Shown: positions 8,771 to 17,007 of the stretch, in pieces
How positions within the stretch are numbered: the first letter of the stretch is position 1
Layout of the letters: every line of letters begins with the position of its first letter
IMG/VR virus record: IMGVR_UViG_3300012156_000001
Span: 1-55,062 of that record
DNA: 55,062 nucleotides
Source: a virus
Strand: one strand, 5' to 3'
Position numbers and translations under genes: made by a program
Notes under the pieces: model-generated
What the model was told of the DNA's origin: nothing
The model's input: the letters and a program-made list of their open reading frames with translations, nothing else
Databases searched by the model: none

Positions 8771-9077
8771 AAAGAAATGGTTTGACATGATTCTTTCCGG
8801 CGAAAAGACAGAGGAATACAGAGAGATCAAGCCGTACTATGATACCCGGTTCATGAACTGGCTGGGCTTTCACAAGAAAGAAACGGAAGATGTTAAGGAA
8901 CTGCTTAGAAAGCAAGAGACTTTGAAAAGCCATAGAATCAAGTTCCGTAATGGGTATTCCAAAGAATCACCTTGTATCATAGCTGATTGTTCCTTGTCTA
9001 TAAAAACAGGCAAAGAAGAGTGGGGAGCAGAGCAGGGTGTAGAATATTATGTTTTATCTATTCGAAAAGTATGGTGA
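8751..9077 (+). CDS. ASCH-domain protein
   Basis: MLTLTIKKKWFDMILSGEKTEEYREIKPYY is a typical ASCH N-terminus. Confidence 0.6.
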   Translation: MLTLTIKKKWFDMILSGEKTEEYREIKPYYDTRFMNWLGFHKKETEDVKELLRKQETLKSHRIKFRNGYSKESPCIIADCSLSIKTGKEEWGAEQGVEYYVLSIRKVW

Positions 9078-9098
9078 AAGATGACAGGAGGTGCGGAA

Positions 9099-9326
9099 AT
9101 GAGACAATATTGCCGGTACTGTTCTTACCTTGTGACGGGGAACGGTATCTATTGCAACGAAAAAGAAAAGACAATGAGCGAGGCAAGCGCGAAGGCGGTC
9201 AATCGCTGCAAGTCATTCGACCTTAACCCGATGGATGCGTTTGACCTGGACAAGAGGTATAAGCCGCGGGAGATCAAACAGCAGCAGTGTGACGGGTGTG
9301 ATGGACAGATTGAAATGTTTGGGTGA
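9099..9326 (+). CDS. small Cys-rich protein
   Basis: ATG 7 nt after AGGAGG; CRYCSY...YCN...RC. Confidence 0.5.
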   Translation: MRQYCRYCSYLVTGNGIYCNEKEKTMSEASAKAVNRCKSFDLNPMDAFDLDKRYKPREIKQQQCDGCDGQIEMFG

Positions 9327-9353
9327 TTGACCGATCAGAGAGGCGGTGAGGGT

Positions 9354-9689
9354 ATGCATAAGGAAATCGAAAAAGCAGTTTTTAAAATAATGTCAATTAT
9401 GGAAAAGAATAGGACAGCTTACAACGAAGCTAAGGATTGTTATAGCGATACCGGATATGACCGTTACTGGAATAAGATGGAGAAGTTAGAATCAGAGTAT
9501 GAGGAATTAAGGTCATTTATCCACGCGGAAGAAAAGACAGAGGTTACGCCCGAAACAGTACTGGAACTTGATAGAATTCAGAGGATTTTGCAAAATGCGA
9601 AAAGCAAATGGGAATATATAAGAGATGAACTACCTGTTTCCACCGATACGATCAGTATGGATGATTTATTTAGAGACATTAACAAATAA
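9354..9689 (+). CDS. hypothetical protein
   Basis: ATG after GGTGAGGG (TTG 9327 alternative). Confidence 0.5.
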   Translation: MHKEIEKAVFKIMSIMEKNRTAYNEAKDCYSDTGYDRYWNKMEKLESEYEELRSFIHAEEKTEVTPETVLELDRIQRILQNAKSKWEYIRDELPVSTDTISMDDLFRDINK

Positions 9690-9751
9690 AGAAAAGGGGA
9701 AAAGAGGTTTGCTGGCCAGCATGAAAGAACGTTCTTTACTCCTGACGAAAA

Positions 9752-10366
9752 ATGAAAATATTAGTAGCCTGCGAGGAATCGCAAGTGGTAACAATCGAAC
9801 TGCGAAAGCTGGGCCATGAAGCGTATTCGTGCGACCTTGAACCGTGTAGTGGGGGCCATCTGGAATGGCACTTGCAACAGGATGTCACCCAACTGCTGAA
9901 AATGAAATGGGATATGATGATAGCCCACCCGCCCTGTACATATCTAAGCAATAGCGGCGTTTGTTGGCTGCACAAACAGCCGGAAAGATGGGAATTAATG
10001 AGGGAGGGTGCAGAATTCTTCAAACTGCTTTTAAATGCAGATATCCCCAGAATAGCCGTGGAGAACCCAATACAGCACAAGTACGCAAGGGAGATTATAG
10101 GGATGGAACACACGCAGATCATACAGCCGTGGCAATTCGGACACCCGGAAAAGAAGGCAACCTGCTTGTGGCTCAAAAATCTGTCGCCGCTCAAAGAAAC
10201 GGATAACGTCAAAGAATTGATGAAGCTGCTCCCGAAGAACCAGCAGCAACGGCTTCACTACTTGCCGCCATCAGCAGACCGAGCGAAATTGCGCAGTAAG
10301 ACCTTCCCCGGAATCGGAAAGGCCATGGCTGAACAGTGGGCGGGGGAATGTGTCCTGGACAATTAA
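9752..10366 (+). CDS. short C5-cytosine DNA methyltransferase-like protein
   Basis: AHPPCTYLS (PC motif IV-like) and AVENP (motif VI-like); no obvious target-recognition domain. Confidence 0.5.
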   Translation: MKILVACEESQVVTIELRKLGHEAYSCDLEPCSGGHLEWHLQQDVTQLLKMKWDMMIAHPPCTYLSNSGVCWLHKQPERWELMREGAEFFKLLLNADIPRIAVENPIQHKYAREIIGMEHTQIIQPWQFGHPEKKATCLWLKNLSPLKETDNVKELMKLLPKNQQQRLHYLPPSADRAKLRSKTFPGIGKAMAEQWAGECVLDN

Positions 10367-10390
10367 CACAAATGAGGCGGGGTGAAAAAA

Positions 10391-10600
10391 ATGTACTCGA
10401 ATGAAATACAAGCACTGCTTGACCGCAACAACCACACCATCAGCCCAGAAGTCTACCGCGACATCGTGATCAGTTCCAGCCAGATCGACCACGTGCGGTA
10501 TGATCCTTATCAGGAGTTCTTCCAGGCGTGGACAGATGACGGGTATAGTTGGGAATTCAGGGTGGTGCCGGCGGGGCAACCATCGAAAGGAGAAAAATGA
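10391..10600 (+). CDS. hypothetical protein
   Basis: ATG after GAGGCGGGG. Confidence 0.5.
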   Translation: MYSNEIQALLDRNNHTISPEVYRDIVISSSQIDHVRYDPYQEFFQAWTDDGYSWEFRVVPAGQPSKGEK

Positions 10601-11157
10601 GCATAACAGGAAGTCAGATAGCCGGAGGAAATACGGCATACAAGAGGGTTGAATCGGATTATTACCCAACCCCACCAGAATCAACCAAGGCGCTGCTAAA
10701 TTTTTTGAAATTACCAGCCGAAACAGTAATATGGGAACCGGCCTGTGGACAGGGGCATATGGTCAAGGTGATGGAAGAATACGGCTATAAGGTGACAGGG
10801 AGCGATATCCAAGGCGGCGAGGACTATCTAAAGATCCCCGCGAAAGAATGCGACTGGATAATTACAAACCCGCCGTTTTCGGTGTCACAGGAATTTATTG
10901 AGCGGAGCATACAGCACGGGAAGCCGTTTGCACTGCTGCTGAAATCACAGTACTGGCACGCAAAGAAGCGCCTTAAACTATTCCGCAGCTTCCCGCCGTC
11001 CTACATACTGCCGCTGACATGGAGACCTGATTTTTTGTTTGGTAAGAGGGGATCCGGTTCGCCACTCATGGACGTAATGTGGGTTGTCTGGACTGGCAAT
11101 GAATCGGCGAGTACGCTTTATGTTCCACTTGAAAAACCAGAAAACAAAATTATATAA
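10597..11157 (+). CDS. SAM-dependent DNA methyltransferase (N6-A/N4-C type)
   Basis: EPACGQG (motif I) and ITNPPF (motif IV); ATG after AAAGGAGAAAA. Confidence 0.75.
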   Translation: MSITGSQIAGGNTAYKRVESDYYPTPPESTKALLNFLKLPAETVIWEPACGQGHMVKVMEEYGYKVTGSDIQGGEDYLKIPAKECDWIITNPPFSVSQEFIERSIQHGKPFALLLKSQYWHAKKRLKLFRSFPPSYILPLTWRPDFLFGKRGSGSPLMDVMWVVWTGNESASTLYVPLEKPENKII

Positions 11158-11169
11158 AGGAGAGCAATT

Positions 11170-11367
11170 ATGAAGCCATATACCCGAGAAGAATTAGGCG
11201 ATTACTTATGCGAAAATTATTGCGACAACACAGAATATGGAAAACGTGCATATACCGCAACACCTGACGGCCCTAGTATGTGTGAGGGGCGCTGGTGTGA
11301 TGAAAACTACGAAACATACCTGGATGCCGTGGAGCACGGCGGGGAAGATTGCGTAAGCGATGATTGA
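11170..11367 (+). CDS. small acidic Cys-rich protein
   Basis: ATG after AAGGAGAG. Confidence 0.55.
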   Translation: MKPYTREELGDYLCENYCDNTEYGKRAYTATPDGPSMCEGRWCDENYETYLDAVEHGGEDCVSDD

Positions 11368-11398
11368 TTAGATTAAAATTTGGCGGAGGAAAACTATA

Positions 11399-11554
11399 AT
11401 GTCTAAAGCATGCGAAAACTGCGGTGAATGTCAATGTCTGTCCTGCCTACTAAGAGATAGCAATATATATAATGAGGCACTTGCTTGCAATAGATGTAGC
11501 TACTGTGAGGATAATCCGGTGCATGGTTGTACAGATTTTGTTTATGAAAATTAA
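11399..11554 (+). CDS. small Cys-rich protein (51 aa)
   Basis: ATG 8 nt after GGCGGAGGA; CENCGECQCLSC...CNRCSYC. Confidence 0.45.
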   Translation: MSKACENCGECQCLSCLLRDSNIYNEALACNRCSYCEDNPVHGCTDFVYEN

Positions 11555-11575
11555 TTTTTAAAGGAGGTGAAGACA

Positions 11576-11920
11576 ATGGACAGGTACACAGCGATAGATA
11601 AGGAATATATAACCTATCGTGAAGCCAAGGGCAAGGGCTGGAACGAATACGCCTGCCGTGAAGAAGAATTGAAGCGGCGGTTAAAGCTTTACGAGGATAC
11701 CGGACTGGAGCCGGAAGAGGTGACGCGGCAGGTGGAAGCGCTTAGATTGATTGATGCAGATAAGCTAATTGCAAAGCTAGAGGAGCATGCAAAAGGGTGT
11801 CAATACGATTCCAACCGAGCGAATAATAAAGCGGAAAAAGACATGTACTTAAATAGACACACTGGTTTTATGCAAGCTATTTGCATAGTAATGAATATGC
11901 CGCTGGCAGAAAAGGAGTAA
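11576..11920 (+). CDS. hypothetical protein
   Basis: ATG 8 nt after AAAGGAGG. Confidence 0.55.
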   Translation: MDRYTAIDKEYITYREAKGKGWNEYACREEELKRRLKLYEDTGLEPEEVTRQVEALRLIDADKLIAKLEEHAKGCQYDSNRANNKAEKDMYLNRHTGFMQAICIVMNMPLAEKE

Positions 11921-11924
11921 ACGA

Positions 11925-12242
11925 ATGCATATAAGTGAATTAGATTTATCAACAAGAACATACAACGTGCTGTTAAGGGCGGGAATTGAATCAATTGAGG
12001 AACTTGACGGTATACCCGGCTCTGATGTGTTGAAGATAAGAAATTTCAACGAAAAGTGTTTACAGGATGTGAAAAAGAAGCTAAGGAAATTTAAAACAGG
12101 TAAGCACTGGGAATGTAAATACTGTGATTACACAAGAGGCGTACCTTATGCCGATGAACCGGACTTTATAGTATGCGGTAGATGCGGTGCTGAATGGGAG
12201 GGTTGCAAGATACTGGTTCCCATCCCGATGGAGAATGACTAA
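11925..12242 (+). CDS. RNA polymerase alpha-subunit C-terminal-domain (alpha-CTD)-like protein with C-terminal Zn ribbon
   Basis: ISELDLSTRTYNVLLRAGIESIEELDGIPGSDVLKIRNFNEKCLQDVKKKL matches the alpha-CTD helix-hairpin-helix pattern; then CKYCDY...CGRCG. Confidence 0.7.
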   Translation: MHISELDLSTRTYNVLLRAGIESIEELDGIPGSDVLKIRNFNEKCLQDVKKKLRKFKTGKHWECKYCDYTRGVPYADEPDFIVCGRCGAEWEGCKILVPIPMEND

Positions 12243-12264
12243 CTCAAAGAATGGAGGTGTAAAA

Positions 12265-12438
12265 ATGAGAAAGATAAAGTTTCACATCAGCATTGGTCTG
12301 GCTGGTGCTGAGCAGGAAGAAATAGTGGAATTTGAGGATGATGTGACTGGCGAAGAAATAGAAGATTCTTTTCAAGATTGGAAATCGGATTATATTGATG
12401 CAGGCTGGTGGGATGTAGATCAATTTCGGGAGGTGTGA
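12265..12438 (+). CDS. small acidic protein (57 aa)
   Basis: ATG after GGAGGTG. Confidence 0.5.
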   Translation: MRKIKFHISIGLAGAEQEEIVEFEDDVTGEEIEDSFQDWKSDYIDAGWWDVDQFREV

Positions 12439-12441
12439 GAA

Positions 12442-12699
12442 ATGGTTTTGCTAACAGAAAAAGAAGCAGAGGAATTAGAACGCTTTCGCAAAAGGAGGCA
12501 GCATTTCGGCGGCGATCTGGAAGTTGCCAATATCCACAATCTGCCAAGCTCTTTTCCAGAGATGTACAAAAGGGTTTTCGGGACAGAATCAACGGAAAAC
12601 AGTCTTTTCGGGCGGCCTTGGTATTCCGACAAAAAAGATGATGTGATCAAGCTTTATGAAACGGCGTTGTCCGAGGGCTACGCGGTAACGCAAAATTAA
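12442..12699 (+). CDS. hypothetical protein
   Basis: ATG after GGGAGGTG. Confidence 0.55.
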   Translation: MVLLTEKEAEELERFRKRRQHFGGDLEVANIHNLPSSFPEMYKRVFGTESTENSLFGRPWYSDKKDDVIKLYETALSEGYAVTQN

Positions 12700-12717
12700 T
12701 TCAAGGAGGTGAAAGTT

Positions 12718-13044
12718 ATGTACGGGAATACAGGAGAAAAATGGGTGATGATACGCGAATTATCCATCAATGGGCTTATGCTCAACGAAGTAGGAACCGA
12801 GTTTTCAATAGGCGAGTACTACTCGGTTCCGCATGGTTTCGTATCCGTGAAATATGAGGGAATGTTGCTTTTTATCCCCGATAAGGTTTTTGAGGATCAT
12901 TTTGTTAAATGGAGCGATTATAAGCAGTATTACCACCGGGGCGACATTATTAAAATAAATGCCAATGGAAATTTGAGCGAGTATGTTATCGAAGACATAA
13001 ACGGCGACGGGCATTATGTGACGTTGGCCTTGGAGCAAAATTAA
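12718..13044 (+). CDS. hypothetical protein
   Basis: ATG after AAGGAGGTG. Confidence 0.55.
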   Translation: MYGNTGEKWVMIRELSINGLMLNEVGTEFSIGEYYSVPHGFVSVKYEGMLLFIPDKVFEDHFVKWSDYKQYYHRGDIIKINANGNLSEYVIEDINGDGHYVTLALEQN

Positions 13045-13070
13045 TGTGCATTATTGCAGAAAGGAGCAAT

Positions 13071-13256
13071 ATGAAAATAAAAAGAAAAAACTGGTTCCAA
13101 CAGTTGTTATGCAAACATGATTATCAATGGTTTCAAAAGCCTTCAAATTCTCGATTTAGGATAATTTCTGGTGAGGCGGATATAAGGGTATGCACTAAAT
13201 GCGGTAAGCAAAACGGAGAAAGATTTTTGCGATATGAGGGAATGGGATTCAAGTAA
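13071..13256 (+). CDS. small Zn-ribbon protein
   Basis: ATG after AAAGGAG; C...CTKCG. Confidence 0.5.
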   Translation: MKIKRKNWFQQLLCKHDYQWFQKPSNSRFRIISGEADIRVCTKCGKQNGERFLRYEGMGFK

Positions 13257-13277
13257 ATCGAAATCAGGAGGTATAAA

Positions 13278-13553
13278 GTGAAATATACAAATAGTGTAAT
13301 GATCGTCAGGACGAGAAAGGAAAACATAGTTGGTTGCCACATGATTGCAACGCGGAGTTATCAGAAGTTAATGCCAGACCGATTTTTATACAGTGGTTAT
13401 ATATGCAGAGAGTTTGAAGTACATGAAAATGTGGGCGGGCAGGTCAAGATTAAGACCTACGACAGGTTAGAACATGCCGGTATTGAATTTGCAAATATTA
13501 TCACTTTTGTAAACGTAACAGACATTGAGATTATGTCAGAGCATGATATTTAA
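13278..13553 (+). CDS. hypothetical protein
   Basis: GTG after AGGAGG. Confidence 0.55.
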   Translation: MKYTNSVMIVRTRKENIVGCHMIATRSYQKLMPDRFLYSGYICREFEVHENVGGQVKIKTYDRLEHAGIEFANIITFVNVTDIEIMSEHDI

Positions 13554-13576
13554 ATTAATTTTGGAGGTGAAAACTG

Positions 13577-13834
13577 ATGAAATGCGGTGATATTGTCAGA
13601 AATTATTGGGCAGGGGATGAAAATCCGACACGATATTTTGTCTATCTCAAAAATGAGGGTAAATATACGAGTGCGATCAGCTTTGACGGAAAGAGACTTC
13701 GTAAAGCCCAATATTATAGCGATCAAATAAAAAAGGAGCCTGACAAATTTGTTGTTGTTGGACATGTTGACCTGGTCGATTATATAAAAGCCCCATTATT
13801 GGAACTTATTCAATCGGATTGCAAAAAAAAATAA
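13577..13834 (+). CDS. hypothetical protein
   Basis: ATG after GGAGGTG. Confidence 0.55.
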   Translation: MKCGDIVRNYWAGDENPTRYFVYLKNEGKYTSAISFDGKRLRKAQYYSDQIKKEPDKFVVVGHVDLVDYIKAPLLELIQSDCKKK

Positions 13835-13853
13835 CAGGAGGTAGCGGGAGGGA

Positions 13854-14114
13854 GTGATGATTATAAACACGAAAAAAGCCATAGCTATTATGAGGGACGG
13901 GACTAATGCAAGAAACTACAGCGAAGCCAAAGAGGCGAAACAAATAGCTGTCAGGGCGATGGAAAAGCAGATACCGGAAAAGCCTGTATACACTTGCAAT
14001 AGAGAGGTCATACACTGCCCTAGCTGCGATTATGACTTAATGGGCGGCGTGGGTAACGATGAAGAGATTATACATTGCTGGAACTGTGGGCAGAAGCTTG
14101 ACTGGACCAGATGA
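13854..14114 (+). CDS. small Zn-ribbon protein
   Basis: CPSCDY...CWNCG. Confidence 0.55.
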   Translation: MMIINTKKAIAIMRDGTNARNYSEAKEAKQIAVRAMEKQIPEKPVYTCNREVIHCPSCDYDLMGGVGNDEEIIHCWNCGQKLDWTR

Positions 14115-14138
14115 AAATTGACACAGGAGGAACCCAAA

Positions 14139-14312
14139 ATGGACAAGAAAGACGGAAGCGCCCGCCGGGCTGGATATATGGACATGCTTGAGAGGTCGCC
14201 GGTGAAGACATGGCCGCCGTATTGCTTCACGGAGTTATGTCCGGATCGGCGGTACCGGCTGGGCGGGAATTTGTATGGGGGAGTGATTACGAGGAGGGAT
14301 AATGATGAATAA
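14139..14312 (+). CDS. hypothetical protein
   Basis: ATG after CAGGAGG. Confidence 0.4.
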   Translation: MDKKDGSARRAGYMDMLERSPVKTWPPYCFTELCPDRRYRLGGNLYGGVITRRDNDE

Positions 14313-14490
14313 TTGCATGACAGAATCTACGCCCAGAAGCATACTTTTCACCCTGACAACCATGATAGCAGGGACAAGGGCTATATTGACAGAAGATTTC
14401 GGGATGTCGGAAGAGCGCGCAAATACAGCGATACTGCTTGCGGTGGATGCAGAAAAGAGGGCGTGGAGCGGCGAGCGTGATGGGAGGTGA
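14302..14490 (+). CDS. hypothetical protein
   Basis: ORF with short overlaps on both neighbours. Confidence 0.4.
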   Translation: MMNNCMTESTPRSILFTLTTMIAGTRAILTEDFGMSEERANTAILLAVDAEKRAWSGERDGR

Positions 14491-14930
14491 TGCCAATGAA
14501 CAAAAGAGTACGCGACCTCAATTGGGATGATTATGGCATCTCAAAAGACAGATACGATGAACTTAGAGCATTCTGCCGCCAGTATGAGGAGAAGAAGAAA
14601 AAAATAAAATACGGTCTCCCGGCCGTGAAGTTCGACGGGATGCCGCGGGGGACCGGTGTGAGTAACCAGACAGAGGGGACAGCCATCCAGAACGAAGAGC
14701 TGCGAAGAGACTGCCAGCTGATAGAAGAGGCGGCGATCCGCGCGAATCCAAGCATATACAGACATATTTTAAGGAGTGTGACTAAGAACATACCGTATGA
14801 GATGGTTGAATACGATCACGAATACGGACGGATACCGGTGGGAAAGACGGATTTCAACGGATATCGCCGATTATTTTACTTTAATTTACATCTTTTGAAA
14901 AATGGGTTCAAATTGAGCGACATAATGTGA
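14487..14930 (+). CDS. hypothetical protein; positional candidate for a late-gene activator (RinA/ArpU-type position)
   Basis: Last gene before the terminase region; no motif securely recognised. Confidence 0.55.
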   Translation: MMPMNKRVRDLNWDDYGISKDRYDELRAFCRQYEEKKKKIKYGLPAVKFDGMPRGTGVSNQTEGTAIQNEELRRDCQLIEEAAIRANPSIYRHILRSVTKNIPYEMVEYDHEYGRIPVGKTDFNGYRRLFYFNLHLLKNGFKLSDIM

Positions 14931-14948
14931 TATAACTGTATTATCGAT

Positions 14949-14988
14949 ATTTGGGAACAATATTAACTCCCTGATAATGTTCCCAAAT
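14949..14988 (+). terminator. 11-bp stem hairpin after the early operon
   Basis: ATTTGGGAACA (14949-59) pairs with TGTTCCCAAAT (14978-88), followed by TTT. Confidence 0.6.
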
Positions 14989-15166
14989 TTCTGGTCCTCC
15001 TCTCCAATTTTATATACGGCTTCCGGGTGTCACAGCCCGGTTTCCGATTAGAAGACGACGTTCTTAGCCTTATTATTCATGTCTTCGCAAAAAGGAATAA
15101 ATAGGACGCTTACGACCGGCGGCAGTGAAACCCGACCTTGTGCGGAACAAGGGAAAAATACACTGA

Positions 15167-15247
15167 CGGAACATAGCTCAAACAGTACAGTGACAGAGCG
15201 GCACCGGGTGTGGTTGCGAGATTCCGGTTCGAGTCCGGATGTTCCGA
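15167..15247 (+). tRNA. tRNA-like element with canonical acceptor and T arms but aberrant D and anticodon loops
   Basis: CGGAACA-TA-GCTC-(16-nt loop)-GAGC-G-GCACC-GGGTGTG-GTTGC-GAGAT-TCCGG-TTCGAGT-CCGGA-TGTTCCG-A. 7-bp acceptor stem and a GGTTCGAGTCC T arm. Confidence 0.4.
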
Positions 15248-15395
15248 TTGTTTCATGACACTCTCCTTTGAAAGAGGCATTTGTTGCTTAGCGCGGCAGG
15301 TGTCTCTTTTTGCGAGGGGAAAATAGGTGAGTATCCTCTAACGAGGTAGGCAAGCGGCGCGAGGGGATAAGCGCAAATAATTATATACGGAATAG

Positions 15396-15785
15396 GTGAT
15401 GATGAATATGGCCTTGACTGAAAAACAAAAGCGATTCATTGATTTCTATGTTGAGACTGGTAATCAGACCGAAGCGGCGCGTCTCGCCGGATACAAACAA
15501 CCTCATGTTCAAGGTGCTCAAAACTATGAAAAACTTAGAGTTCACATAGAGGAGCGTAACAGTGTCCTGGAGAGCCAAAGAATTGCCAGCATGACGGAAG
15601 TGAAAAAGTTTTGGAGTGCTGTGCTTCGGGATGAAGATGAAAATGTTCGCGACAGGCTGAAAGCTTCTGAATATATAGCTAAGACCAATGCGGCATTCAC
15701 TGACAAGGTGGAGCATAGCGGCGATCTTGAGTTCAACATAAAAATAGATTATGGTGATGTGGATGGAGAAGACAATACAATTTAA
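15396..15785 (+). CDS. terS: terminase small subunit
   Basis: LTEKQKRFIDFYVETGNQTEAARLAGY is the Terminase_2/P27-type HTH N-terminus; precedes TerL. Confidence 0.85.
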   Translation: MMMNMALTEKQKRFIDFYVETGNQTEAARLAGYKQPHVQGAQNYEKLRVHIEERNSVLESQRIASMTEVKKFWSAVLRDEDENVRDRLKASEYIAKTNAAFTDKVEHSGDLEFNIKIDYGDVDGEDNTI

Positions 15786-16977
15786 TCCCGTGTTTAAGCC
15801 CCTGCATAGCTCGAAACACAGATATGTTGTTATGAAGGGATCGGCTGGGTCGGGCAAGTCTGTAGATGCTGCACAATCATATATTCTGCGCTTAATGAAA
15901 GACAGGGGGCGCAATTTATTATGCGTGCGAAAGTCGGAAGTGACCAACCGCGACAGCACATTCGCCGAACTCATAGGGGCGATCAATCGCATGGGGCTTG
16001 GAAGTCATTTTGCTGCTACGGTTAATCCTCTAAGTATAACATGCGCGAACGGAAACAAAGTTATATTCCGGGGCGTTAATGATGAAAAGCAAAGGGAAAA
16101 GCTGAAATCTATTACTTTTGATAAGGGCAAACTGACTGATGTTTGGATTGAAGAGGCGACAGAGCTTACCCAAAGCGATTTTGAGATTATAGACGACCGT
16201 TTGCGTGGCGAATTACCGCCAGGACAATTCTACCAGATAAAAATGACATTCAACCCGGTCAATGTGTCTCACTGGATTAAGAAATCATTTTTTGATATAT
16301 CTGACCCAAACGTATTAACCCATCATAGCACATATTTAAATAACCGCTTTGTGGACGAAGCCTATAAACAGCGTATGTTACGCCGCAAAGAAGTCGATCC
16401 GGATGGTTATCGCATATATGGTTTGGGTGAGTGGGGAGAGCTTGGTGGCCTTATTCTAACTAATTGGGAAGTGAAAAACGTTTCGCAGGATTTGCAATAT
16501 TATGACAGCGTTTCTATTGGGCACGATTTCGGGTTCAACCATGCTGATGCTATTTTGCCATTGGGTTTCAAAGACGGAAATATCTACATCCTGAAAGAAA
16601 TATATGTTCACGAAAAAGATACAAACGAGATAATCCAATTGGCTAACGGCATTATTCCCAATAATAAAATGATGTATTGCGACAGCGCGGAGCCTGACCG
16701 CATAAAAATGTGGAAAACGGCAGGATATTGGGCTTACCCGGTTGAAAAGGAGCAAGGCAGTGTAAAGGCTCAAATTGACTGGTTAAAACAACGAAAGATA
16801 TTTGTTGATCCGTCATGCACAAATACCATACGGGAACTCAATCAGTGGAAGTGGAAGAAAGATGAAAAGCAAAACATCTATCTCGACCAGCCGGTTGAGA
16901 TATTTGATGATGCAATGGCTGCGCTTAGATATGGAATCGAAGGACAAAGAAAATCTCGCAAATGGTTAAGTGCATAA
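15751..16977 (+). CDS. terL: terminase large subunit (PBSX-type)
   Basis: Walker A VVMKGSAGSGKS, Walker B DVWIEEATE, C-terminal nuclease acidic residues. Confidence 0.9.
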   Translation: MVMWMEKTIQFNPVFKPLHSSKHRYVVMKGSAGSGKSVDAAQSYILRLMKDRGRNLLCVRKSEVTNRDSTFAELIGAINRMGLGSHFAATVNPLSITCANGNKVIFRGVNDEKQREKLKSITFDKGKLTDVWIEEATELTQSDFEIIDDRLRGELPPGQFYQIKMTFNPVNVSHWIKKSFFDISDPNVLTHHSTYLNNRFVDEAYKQRMLRRKEVDPDGYRIYGLGEWGELGGLILTNWEVKNVSQDLQYYDSVSIGHDFGFNHADAILPLGFKDGNIYILKEIYVHEKDTNEIIQLANGIIPNNKMMYCDSAEPDRIKMWKTAGYWAYPVEKEQGSVKAQIDWLKQRKIFVDPSCTNTIRELNQWKWKKDEKQNIYLDQPVEIFDDAMAALRYGIEGQRKSRKWLSA

Positions 16978-17007
16978 AACACGAACAAATACAGAGGTGG
17001 TGACAAG

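Noticed and set aside
15010-15390. Miniature transposable element bounded by the 10-bp direct repeat TTATATACGG (15010-19 and 15381-90)
   Set aside because: There are no terminal inverted repeats inside the direct repeats and no transposase. A single 10-mer pair within 450 bp is only mildly improbable. I kept it as a note under the tRNA-like finding and did not call it a mobile element.
14931-15395. Large ornate phage ncRNA (ROOL/GOLLD-type), which often sits next to tRNAs in Firmicute prophages
   Set aside because: The free sequence on either side of the tRNA-like element (about 235 and 150 nt) is much shorter than those RNAs (roughly 500-800 nt). I could not recognise their motifs by eye. 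This needs an Infernal scan to exclude formally.
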